NCBI GenBank assembly: GCA_043824255.1
Contig: JBDRTG010000027.1
Location: 1-64,000, forward strand
Source: a bacterium
GTDB taxonomy: Bacteria > JAHJDO01
DNA length: 64,000 nucleotides
Direction: 5' to 3'
A model generated the notes under the pieces. It made no database searches and had not been told where the DNA came from. It saw nothing but the letters and a program-made list of their open reading frames with translations. Of the stretch, positions 8,777-18,500 are shown piece after piece. Both the position numbers and the translations under genes were made by a program. Each line of letters starts with the position of its first letter. The first letter of the stretch is position 1.

Positions 8777-9790
8777 AGAGAGAGTGGTTCAATTTTGATC
8801 ATAACCTTGTGGATTTTAGCTATTCTTTCTCTTTTAGCAATTAGTTTTGCTCATCACACAGCTGTTGGTATAAAGCTTACTGAGTATCATATCAGCAGTC
8901 TCAAGAATTTATATATGTGTAAGGCAGGTATCAAGAGAGCATGTTATGAATTAAATAAAGATAAAGCGGAGGATATTGAACAAGGATATATATACGACTC
9001 TCTTAATGATTCATGGAGTAATAATCCAGAAGCATTTAAGAATGCAGGTGTAGGAGATAGCACATTTACAGTCGGTTATCAGATTGAAGATGATAATAAA
9101 GACATGACTAGCGTATATGGAATGATTGACGAGGAGAGAAAGATAAATATTAATAAGCTTGTTAAAAATGGTGTTCAAGATGAAATTAGATTAAGCCAGG
9201 TAAAAAAATTTCTTGAGATACTTGATATAGATACAGTAATTGCAGACTATATTGTTGACTGGCTTGATTCAAATTCTTTAGGAGATGGAGAAGAAGATTT
9301 CTATCAGGGCCTAAGTGTGCCTTATCATTGTAAAAACGATTTAATTGAGTGTTTAGAGGAGATGTATTTGATAAGGGGAATTACGGCTGAGATATTTAAA
9401 GAAATAAAACCATATATCACGATTTATGGAGATGGGAGGATTAATATAAACACTGCTGGAAAAGAAGTCTTTGCTGCTTTGGGAATGGATGATATGCTCA
9501 CGCAGCAAATCTTGAACTACAGAAGCCAGGATGGAGGAGAAGAGGATTTATATTCTTTCAAGACACTTGAGAGTATTATTCCGAATTTAAATAATTATCA
9601 ACAGTTAACATCTGAACAAAAGCAAATATTAACTGCTCTCATACAAACAGGATATTTAACAGTATGTTCGAGTATTTTTACAGCAAATGTGACAAGTGTA
9701 TTAAATAATAGTAAGCTTGCAAAAAGAGTGGATGTTGTTTTGCAAAGAGAAGAAGATAATATAAAGATAAAATACTGGCATGAAAGCTAA
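8735..9790 (+). CDS. gspK: Minor pseudopilin GspK
   Basis: G|SILIITLWILAIL; IDEERKININ; IVDWLD; EMYLIRGIT; GRININTA. Confidence 0.88.
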   Translation: MFFNSKFKIQNSKLRESGSILIITLWILAILSLLAISFAHHTAVGIKLTEYHISSLKNLYMCKAGIKRACYELNKDKAEDIEQGYIYDSLNDSWSNNPEAFKNAGVGDSTFTVGYQIEDDNKDMTSVYGMIDEERKININKLVKNGVQDEIRLSQVKKFLEILDIDTVIADYIVDWLDSNSLGDGEEDFYQGLSVPYHCKNDLIECLEEMYLIRGITAEIFKEIKPYITIYGDGRININTAGKEVFAALGMDDMLTQQILNYRSQDGGEEDLYSFKTLESIIPNLNNYQQLTSEQKQILTALIQTGYLTVCSSIFTANVTSVLNNSKLAKRVDVVLQREEDNIKIKYWHES

Positions 9791-9915
9791 CAAAATTTTT
9801 AATTATCAATTATGAATTTTAAATTAAAAAGAATAAAAAATAAGTTCAACTTTAAATTAAAAATTAAAAATTTAAAATTTAAAATTACTGCTATAAGATC
9901 TTTTGCTTATAGCAG
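9791..9915. repeat. Two-armed heptamer-repeat element spanning the PilM-like gene start
   Basis: T-rich and A-rich arms encoding MNFKLK...KIKNLKFKI; perfect 10-bp stem CTGCTATAAG(9888-9897)/CTTATAGCAG(9906-9915). Confidence 0.75.
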
Positions 9916-11425
9916 GCGTGTAATTACGGGAATTGAAATAGGCCAAAATAGCATAAAGGTTGTCCAGGGTATTCCTGAGTGGAGAAAATCCGGGATGAAA
10001 ATTATAGCTCTTTTAACAGAAGAAGTTAAAAGCAATGATGAAAAGAGAGAGAAGCTTCAGCATATAATCAGTAATCTGGATATCAAGCCTAAAAAGGTTA
10101 TAGCTTGTATTCCGAGAAGTCTTGTAACAGTCAGATATTTAAATCTGCCGTCAATTAGTGAAAGAGAAATAGCGCATATGGTGCAATTTCAGGCTGAAAA
10201 GCAGCTTCCGTATTCTAAGGAAGAGATTGTTACAGCTTTTAGGGTTGTAGAGAGCAATAAGGACGGTTATTCCAGAGTAATGCTGGTTCTTGTTCATCGG
10301 GATGTTATAAACAAGCAGCTTGAATTATTGGGAGATATGAAATTAAATCCGGAATACATTGAATTAAGCTCGCAAGCTGCTGCCTATGCTTTTATCAAAG
10401 AACATCCTGAAATAAATAAGTTAGTTGCCTTTGTTGATATAGACATGTTCTCAGTTGACGTTCAGGTTATATTTAATGGGAAATTAGTTTATACGAGGAA
10501 TATTTCTCTGTCTGAGAACAGAACACAAGAATCACTTTTGGAAGGAATAACAAAGTCGCTCAATTCCTATTTGGGTGAAAGACGAATTGAAGAAGACAGA
10601 AGAATAAAACAGGATTCAAACTACAAAGGAGAGGAAAAAAGAAAACTAAAAGATAGAAGACTGCGTATGGAAAGAACTAAAAGCCCTTCTGCTAATGGAC
10701 ATGACAAAGACATATCATCTATTTTTATAAGTGGAAATGTTCAACCTGATTTAATAGATAAATTATCTAATGCTTTTCACACAACGGTTGAAGCTTTTAA
10801 TTTAATGAATAGACTGCCAGTGAACGAGAAAATCTTATCTTCTGTAGACGAATATCAATGTTCTATATGTTCAATTGTTGGTCTTGTAAGTAATTTTCCT
10901 GAAGCCGTACTCAATCTTTTACCAGATGAGATAAAAACGCAGAAACAAATCAGAAAAAAGCGAAAACATTATCTTGTTTTAGCCTCTCAATGCGCGAGTA
11001 TATTACTTCTTATTTTAGGTATTTTTATGAGAAACATTTATGACAAACAGAATACCCTGAAATGGCTGGATATAGAGATTAAAAAGACCAATCCAATCGC
11101 TAAAGAAGTTAATAAGCGCACCAACAGGCTGCGTGTTATAAAGAAACAAATAGATACCAAAAACTCATCTTTGGATATTCTGCATGAATTACATAAGATA
11201 ATTCCTGATACTGTTTCCCTCTCAACCCTTGATTACCAGCTCAACAATACTCTTAAAATAAAAGGGCAGTCCAAGGCATTATCCGATGCATTAGGCCTTA
11301 TAGATATACTGGAAAAGTCGTCTTATTTTAAGAATGTTCAGTTAAAGTCTTCTAACATGCGAAGACTTCGCAATATGGAAGTTGCAGATTTTTATATTCA
11401 ATGTGAAATAGAGAACCGAGAATAA
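9812..11425 (+). CDS. PilM-PilN/GspL-like fused alignment protein
   Basis: Actin-like ITGIEIGQNSIKVV, AEKQLPY, FVDID; LNLLP-TM-coiled coil; LKIKGQS...SSYFKNV. Confidence 0.8.
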   Translation: MNFKLKRIKNKFNFKLKIKNLKFKITAIRSFAYSRRVITGIEIGQNSIKVVQGIPEWRKSGMKIIALLTEEVKSNDEKREKLQHIISNLDIKPKKVIACIPRSLVTVRYLNLPSISEREIAHMVQFQAEKQLPYSKEEIVTAFRVVESNKDGYSRVMLVLVHRDVINKQLELLGDMKLNPEYIELSSQAAAYAFIKEHPEINKLVAFVDIDMFSVDVQVIFNGKLVYTRNISLSENRTQESLLEGITKSLNSYLGERRIEEDRRIKQDSNYKGEEKRKLKDRRLRMERTKSPSANGHDKDISSIFISGNVQPDLIDKLSNAFHTTVEAFNLMNRLPVNEKILSSVDEYQCSICSIVGLVSNFPEAVLNLLPDEIKTQKQIRKKRKHYLVLASQCASILLLILGIFMRNIYDKQNTLKWLDIEIKKTNPIAKEVNKRTNRLRVIKKQIDTKNSSLDILHELHKIIPDTVSLSTLDYQLNNTLKIKGQSKALSDALGLIDILEKSSYFKNVQLKSSNMRRLRNMEVADFYIQCEIENRE

Positions 11426-11982
11426 TGTTAATAAAATCCATAGCTAAACTTTCAAAGAGAGAGAAGGGCATTTTTTACCTTTGTGTGGCGATTATTGCAT
11501 GTGCATTACTATATGCTTTCATATTTAAACCTATAGGGAGAAAATGGGTAAGATTGAATAAGGAAATTCAGATAAAGAGAATGAGTTTGATGAAGAATAT
11601 TAGAGCTGTAAAAAACAGAAAAAAGGTTTTCTCTGAGTATGAAGTTTATGCTGATAGAGTGAAGCAGAAAGGCTCTGATGAAAAGGAGATAGCAAGAATT
11701 TTTCGCGAAATAGAATCTGCTGCAAGAAATAATCATGTGAGTATCTTGAATATGAAGCCTGTGTCATTCATTGATAGATCAGGAGAAAAGGAAGGATATA
11801 AAAAATTGGCTGTTGAGGTTGAATGCGAAGCTGAGATGTCCTCGCTTGTTCAATTTATCTATAATATTCAGACTTGTTCCCAAATACTCAAGGTGGAACA
11901 AATAAAACTAAAAGCTAAGGAAATGAATTCCAATATTATAAGAGGTACGTTAAGTATTGGTAAGATCTTAATACTGTCATAG
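11425..11982 (+). CDS. PilO/GspM-like protein
   Basis: LSKREK + TM helix; LVQFIYNIQ...LKVEQI. Confidence 0.75.
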   Translation: MLIKSIAKLSKREKGIFYLCVAIIACALLYAFIFKPIGRKWVRLNKEIQIKRMSLMKNIRAVKNRKKVFSEYEVYADRVKQKGSDEKEIARIFREIESAARNNHVSILNMKPVSFIDRSGEKEGYKKLAVEVECEAEMSSLVQFIYNIQTCSQILKVEQIKLKAKEMNSNIIRGTLSIGKILILS

Positions 11983-12066
11983 ATTTGACAGACGTGGTTC
12001 TACTGAGGTATACAAGTAATACAGTTATGAAGAGCAGAACTTTAAAACATGCAAGTGATGTTTGGT

Positions 12067-12100
12067 TAAATTCGAAGCACGAAGCACGAGAACAATTTCT
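12067..12100. repeat. Left arm of the gspJ-type repeat, upstream of the KilA-N gene
   Basis: TAAATTCGAAGCACGAA at 12067-12083 is identical to 8021-8037. Confidence 0.7.
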
Positions 12101-12180
12101 AATATTAAAACAGGAGAACAGCAGGAGCAACAGGGCAACTCTTTATCATTGACAGATTAAAGAAAGAATAACACGAATAA

Positions 12181-13002
12181 ATGATAAAAGAAATACAGAA
12201 AATAGAAGTTCAAGGAGCAAAAATTCGTCTCATATCGAAAAATGGTCAAGATTATATTTCTCTAACTGATATGATCAAATCATTCGGAGATGAAACCATA
12301 ATTTATAACTGGATGCGTAATGGAAATACTATTGAATTTCTTGGCATTTGGGAACAAATTAATAATCCAGATTTTAAACCTGTCGAATTCGATAGGTTTA
12401 AAAGTGAGTCTGGGCTCAATCGATTTGCTATGTCTCCCAAAAAATGGACAGAAGCTACAAATGCTATAGGAATTTTTTCAAAATCTGGTCGTTATGGTGG
12501 CGGGACTTACGCTCATAAAGATATTGCTTTTGAATTCGGGTCTTGGCTAAGTCCAGAATTTAAACTTTATCTAATTACAGAATTTCAACGATTAAAAGAA
12601 GAAGAAAATAAAACAAAAAAATTAGAATGGAATCTTCAACGTACATTGGCGAAAATTAATTATAGAATTCATACTGATGCAATAAAAGAGAAATTGATTC
12701 CGGCTAAATTATCAAAAGCTCAAATTAATTTTATTTATGCCAATGAAGCAGATGTTTTAAACATGGCTCTATTTGGTAAAACAGCCAAAGAATGGAGAGA
12801 GAAAAACCTTAATAAAGTTGGCAATATCCGTGACTATGCAACCATAGAACAACTTGTTATATTAACGAATTTGGAAAGCATTAATGCGATGCTTATTCAA
12901 CAAAATTTTGAGCAAAAAGAGAGATTGCAAAAAATAAATGAGTTAGCAATATCACAAATGAAATCTTTATTAAGTAACCAAAATATTAAAAAATTAAAAT
13001 AA
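12181..13002 (+). CDS. KilA-N domain-containing DNA-binding protein
   Basis: DYISLTDM, NWMRN.NTIEFLGIWE..NNPDF, SGRYGGGTYAHKDIAFEF. Confidence 0.9.
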   Translation: MIKEIQKIEVQGAKIRLISKNGQDYISLTDMIKSFGDETIIYNWMRNGNTIEFLGIWEQINNPDFKPVEFDRFKSESGLNRFAMSPKKWTEATNAIGIFSKSGRYGGGTYAHKDIAFEFGSWLSPEFKLYLITEFQRLKEEENKTKKLEWNLQRTLAKINYRIHTDAIKEKLIPAKLSKAQINFIYANEADVLNMALFGKTAKEWREKNLNKVGNIRDYATIEQLVILTNLESINAMLIQQNFEQKERLQKINELAISQMKSLLSNQNIKKLK

Positions 13003-13048
13003 AAATTTCCATATTCGGATTTTCTTGAGCCATTAGATTGAGGTTATA

Positions 13049-14275
13049 ATGAATATAGAGCAAACAGTAAAGAAAATTATTAGTGATGTAAAAGAGAATG
13101 GTGATAAGGCTCTTTTAAATTACACTAAGAAGTTTGATGGGGTTTTATTAACGAAAAGCCAATTAAAGGTTTCAAAACAGGAAATAAAAGACTCAAGGGC
13201 TGTTCTGGTAGATGAAGTTCTCAAAGCAGTAAAAGAAGCAAAGCGCAATATAGAGAACTTTCATAAAAAACAAATTCATGGAAGAAAAACCTGGTATCGC
13301 GGTAGTACAAAGACTGTTTTGCTAGGGGAAAGATATACTCCTATTGAAAGTGTAGGTATATATATTCCTGCTGGTACTGCGCCTCTTATATCTTCTGTAT
13401 TAATGACTGTTATCCCTGCAAGATTAGCTGGAGTTAGAAGGATTGTTGCAGTTACACCGCCACAAAAGAGTGGACAGATTAATAAGCATATTTTAGCTGC
13501 GCTTGATTTTTTAAGGGTAACAGAAGTATATAAAATCGGAGGAGCACAAGCAATTGCAGCACTTGCTTTTGGTACAAAGACAATCCCAAAAGTAGATAAG
13601 ATTGTTGGGCCTGGGAATATATATGTTTCTACTGCTAAGAAACTGGTTTATGGAGCAGTTGATATTGATATGATTGCAGGACCCAGTGAAATAGTGATTA
13701 TTGCAGATAAGGATGCAAATCCCCGCTATATTACAGCAGACCTTATTTCTCAGGCTGAACATGGAGAAAACGGAAGGTTTATCTTAATCACAACATCAAA
13801 ACTTGTCGCAGAAAAAGTCAATGTTTTGATGAAAAAACAAGTTGCTTTATTGCCCAGAAGAAAAGCTATTGAGAAATCGCTGGATAAAGGGAAAGAGGTG
13901 TTAATTGTAAAAAACATGGATAAAGCAGTATCAATAGTAAATCAAATAGCTCCTGAGCATCTGGAGCTTCATATTTCGAAGCCGCAGAGACTGGTAAAGA
14001 AGATAAAGAATGCAGGAGCAATTTTTCTTGGAGAATACAGTCCTGTAGCAGTAGGGGATTACATTGCAGGGCCAAATCATGTCCTGCCAACCGGGGGCAT
14101 GGCAAGGGTTTTCTCTCCATTAAGTATTGATGATTTTTTGAAAAAATCTTCTGTTATCTGTTACAGTAGAAAGGGGCTCAAGAAGATTAAGAGGTCATTG
14201 AGTTTGCTGGCAGATTTAGAAGGAATGGATGCACACAAGAAATCTCTGTTAATAAGATTGGAACATGAATCGTGA
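13049..14275 (+). CDS. hisD: Histidinol dehydrogenase
   Basis: GGAQAIAALAFGT, KIVGPGN, DMIAGPSE, SQAEH, APEHLEL, GDYIAGPNHVLPT. Confidence 0.97.
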   Translation: MNIEQTVKKIISDVKENGDKALLNYTKKFDGVLLTKSQLKVSKQEIKDSRAVLVDEVLKAVKEAKRNIENFHKKQIHGRKTWYRGSTKTVLLGERYTPIESVGIYIPAGTAPLISSVLMTVIPARLAGVRRIVAVTPPQKSGQINKHILAALDFLRVTEVYKIGGAQAIAALAFGTKTIPKVDKIVGPGNIYVSTAKKLVYGAVDIDMIAGPSEIVIIADKDANPRYITADLISQAEHGENGRFILITTSKLVAEKVNVLMKKQVALLPRRKAIEKSLDKGKEVLIVKNMDKAVSIVNQIAPEHLELHISKPQRLVKKIKNAGAIFLGEYSPVAVGDYIAGPNHVLPTGGMARVFSPLSIDDFLKKSSVICYSRKGLKKIKRSLSLLADLEGMDAHKKSLLIRLEHES

Positions 14276-15333
14276 AAACAAATTTTGACTTAATACTTCG
14301 GAAAAACATAAAAAAACTAAAACCTTATTCAACTGAGAAAGTTGATTGTAAGGTCAAGCTTGATGCTAATGAAAATCCTTTTGATTTTCCCATGGAATTA
14401 AAAGAGATTATATTAAAGGATTTATTTAAACACCCATTTAATAGATATCCGGATCCTAATGCATCTGAAATAAAAGAACTGCTTTCAAAGGAAATAAACA
14501 TAAATAAGAATAGAATCGCACTGGGGAATGGTTCTGATGAACTGATTCAATCATTAACACTTGCTTTTGGCAGCAAAGCCTCATTAGTTTTTTATCCATC
14601 GTTTTCAATGTATGGAATAATATCAACAGCATGTAATATAAAGACCAGAGTTATAAGTCTTGACAAGAAGTTTGATATTAATATAGATACTACGCTTAGA
14701 TATATTAAGAAGAATCAACCCGGTCTCATTTTTATCGGATATCCTAATAATCCCACAGGTAATTGCTTTTCTAAAGATAAAATAATAAGTATTATCAAAA
14801 GTTCATCAGGACTCGTTGTAATGGATGAGGCTTATTCGGAATTTTCAAAGAAAACATTTCTACCACTAATTAATAAGTATGATAATCTGATCATTTTAAG
14901 AACATTTTCTAAAGCATACGGTCTTGCAGGTTGTCGTATAGGTTATATGATAGCTTCAGAAAAGGTAGTGGAACAGGTTAACAAAGTAAAGTTACCATTT
15001 AATTTAAATTCCATTTCACAGCGTATAGGAATCATAGCCTTAAAACATAAGAAGAAATGCAATGAAGCTATTAAAATTATTATCTCTGAAAGAGCCAGAC
15101 TCCTGAGAGAGATGGGAAAAAACAGTATGCTCTATACATTTCCAACAGAAGCGAACTTTATTCTATTCAGACCAAAAATTTCGTCTAAAACTGTATTTAG
15201 GAAGCTTCTTACCGGCGGTATTCTCATACGCAATGTAGCAGATAACAGATTGCTAAAAAATTGCCTGAGAGTTACTGTTGGAAAACCATCTGAGAATAAT
15301 GCCTTTCTTCGTGTTATAGAAAAATTACAATAA
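14272..15333 (+). CDS. hisC: Histidinol-phosphate aminotransferase
   Basis: KLDANENP, NRYPD, GNGSDE, PNNPTG, DEAY, RTFSKAYGLAG. Confidence 0.95.
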   Translation: MKTNFDLILRKNIKKLKPYSTEKVDCKVKLDANENPFDFPMELKEIILKDLFKHPFNRYPDPNASEIKELLSKEININKNRIALGNGSDELIQSLTLAFGSKASLVFYPSFSMYGIISTACNIKTRVISLDKKFDINIDTTLRYIKKNQPGLIFIGYPNNPTGNCFSKDKIISIIKSSSGLVVMDEAYSEFSKKTFLPLINKYDNLIILRTFSKAYGLAGCRIGYMIASEKVVEQVNKVKLPFNLNSISQRIGIIALKHKKKCNEAIKIIISERARLLREMGKNSMLYTFPTEANFILFRPKISSKTVFRKLLTGGILIRNVADNRLLKNCLRVTVGKPSENNAFLRVIEKLQ

Positions 15334-15434
15334 AAATTTCCCCATAACATATTTACTGCTTTTTCTCCTTTTATCACTTGATATATACTATTTTCCTCTC
15401 TTCAGTAAAATATTTTAAAACTTAAAAAAAACAC

Positions 15435-15476
15435 TTGACATTGCTAAGTCTACATGTTATCATATTGACATGATGA
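15435..15476 (+). promoter_or_regulatory. Promoter with operator overlapping the -10
   Basis: TTGACA-17-TATCAT; ATCATAT-TG-ACATGAT at 15459-15474 matches the site at 21863-21878. Confidence 0.75.
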
Positions 15477-15529
15477 TTTTGGAAGCTGTTTTATAGAAGT
15501 AAAATAAACAATAAAAATGGAGGTGTAAT

Positions 15530-18500
15530 ATGAGAAGAAGAATGCATGTAAGAGTAGTAGTTCTGTTTTGTTTAAGTTTGTTGCTATCCTGCTATGGCAT
15601 AAACCAGCTGCAAGCTGAAGATAAAGCCATTATATGTTTTGACACAGGCTGGAGTGGCTTTGGTAATTCTAGAGCGCTTGAACGGTTTAACGAGGCTAAA
15701 TGTAATTTTACTAATCACGGTCTAACACCTTGGAAGTATGTGTGCGGGCAGGATATAGATTATACCAAAAAGGTCGAACCAGAAAGGTTTTTAAAGCACC
15801 ATTATAAGCTTAACCACCTGTATTCCAATCACAGTCAAATAATTGCAAGGTTATACGCCGTTTGGGCTAGCAGTGGCATCAGTGTATCGATGGGAATGTG
15901 CAATCTCACCTATGACCAATTCCGTGAATTATGGCTGGAAAACTATGCAAAACCTTTAATACGGTCATTTTATGACAATGGTGTTTATATTTTTGATTTG
16001 ACTCAGGAGATTCGTTGGTATGATAACTGCTATGGAAAAGGGCCTTCGGGACCTTTCAGAGAAGATGATACCTGGCATCCTTTTACCACTCCTGGCGCTG
16101 TAATTTATGACCCTGATCTAACAGCAGGTGAATTTAAACTAAAATTTCATGATACAATGCTCAGATTATATGAATGGAAGAATACCAATTTCCCCAAAAT
16201 AATTTTTGGATCTTCTATGGCTGTCTTCACAACTGTAGAGGATGCGGCCAAATTGATGATGTATTTAAAGGATTGTATAGACTGGATGGGAGCAGATGTT
16301 GGAGGTTATGTAAATGTCCCCACAAATCCAGATAAGCTTAGAGGAACTTGGGACGACAATTATCGTTATAGCTTCGTTCCTGTTATTGAAGATCCAAGTA
16401 CCACCTCCTGGGCAACAGCTATTTTTGAATCATGGGGCTGGCAAAATGGGCCTGAAATTTATTATGGAGCGCCGGGGACGCCTTATGCAAATAGCCACTA
16501 TTATTCTTACGGGGTTTTTCAGGATGTAATGGACAGAGTGGTTGAGTTAGACGGCGAAAATAAATACTTAAAATTGCTAATGAATTCAAGCTGGGTTGCT
16601 GACTTTAAGGAGCATCCTGTATATAATAACCCCTGCTCAATTTTGTGTCCTGCTAATGATCTGGGCACTCTCCCGCCATGGATTGATACACCAGATATAC
16701 CTTGGTTTTATACTTTAAAGGCTGTCTACAATCGCTGGGGAGATACAGCGCCGCATCCTTCAGATGATCCGGCATACAGTTCATTTGCATACATCCGCGA
16801 TGTAATGCATGCGGATACCAACCCGTACTGGGATAACTCTCCAAGCACTCCTTTAGTAGTAAACCGGGAGGATATTGTGGTTATTCCTGATGAAGATAAA
16901 ATATTTATTCGTGTACGCAATCTCTGCGCTCCAACCGCTATTTCCGCTAATATTCATGTATATCAGACTCCTCAAGGGACAACCCCCTGGGATCGTTCAA
17001 CGTATATAAAAGCCACTCCTGTGAATGTGAAAAATTCTCTTCAAGGAGCTTATGAGATAGCCTTTATTCCGGCAGGTTCTTTCAGTGTGCCGGGTAATGG
17101 TAATCTGGATACAGAAAATAATGTTGTTGAACTTGAGGTGTCTTCTTCTGTCTCATTAGATAATGGCAAAGATATCCATGTTTATATCGAGGATTCAGAC
17201 GCTGTTAAGGGGTGGACTGCATATAATGATATACCTGAATGTTCTAATTTTGCTATAGATGGAGATGGATATTATGAATTTGATTTTTATCCACCCGGAA
17301 TCTCTACTGGCAATATCTATATTCGGGCCCGGGCAAAAGATATATTCGGAGCCTGCTCAAAATATACAGATGCATTGGAAGTAGAAAAACGATATGTACT
17401 AAATCTAACCTGTAATGCCTTTGATAACGATGGTATCAATGAAATAGAGTATCAGTATTCAGATGACGGTATAACCTGGCATGACGTTCCAAGGCAAAAG
17501 TATTATTGCTTAACAGCAAATGACAAAGAGTTTAAGCAAAATTCACGTTTTACCCCGGGTACTACGGATATGGGACATTACCCGGTTATAGAAAGTGTTA
17601 GTGGAACGCCGCTCAAAGGTGTAGTTCCGCTTCTGGTTAATTTTAATGTTGCGGCTTCTGATCCAGTAGGAACAATCACCTCAATTGAATGGGACTTTGA
17701 TAGAGATGGAACAATCGATGCAACAGGAGCGGATGTAAGCTGGACGTTCACACAGGCAGGTGAATATAATTGTCTTGTTAAAGTTACGAATAATGAAACT
17801 TTCAGTAGTTTTGGGGAGATTGAGGTTGAGGCGCTTGATGGAACTCCTATTGCAAGTATTACTGCTTCCCCTCGAAGTGGTTCAGCACCATTAACTGTTC
17901 AATTCCAAGGGAGTGGGACAGATTATGACGGGACAATAGTCTCTTATGCATGGGATTTTACAAGTGATGGAGTGATTGATTCAACACAACAGAATTCGTC
18001 TTTTATATACACTCAGATTGGAAATTATACAGCCAGTTTGACTGTAACTGATGATTCCGGTCTCATTGGATCTGCTGCTGTCAGTATAAAAGTTGTAGAC
18101 CCAGGCGCAGTTGCCTCATGCACAGTCATTGCATCTACCACAGAAGGTGATGTTCCATTAACAGTAAACTTCTCTGCTGATATCAGCGGAGGGACTGTGT
18201 CTTCTTATGCGTGGGATTTTACAAATGACGGCGTGATTGACTCGACAGAAGCAACGCCATCCTATACATATAATTCATCCGGTCTTTATACTGCAAAATT
18301 GATTTTAACAGACACGACAGGTAATGAAGTCACAGATTATGAGTACATTGTGGTTAAAGCCGTAGGATTGCCAGTGGCTGACTTTACGTTTAGTCCTGAT
18401 GGAGGCGTTGCACCATTAGAAGTGAGTTTTCAACCTGCAGCAAGTGATCCTGGTGGACAAATTGTCAGCTACTTGTGGGATTTTGGCGACTGTACGTATT

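Noticed and set aside
12027..12152. 41-codon ORF upstream of KilA-N/hisD as a his attenuator leader
   Set aside because: Only three scattered His codons, no terminator/antiterminator seen, and partly repeat-derived
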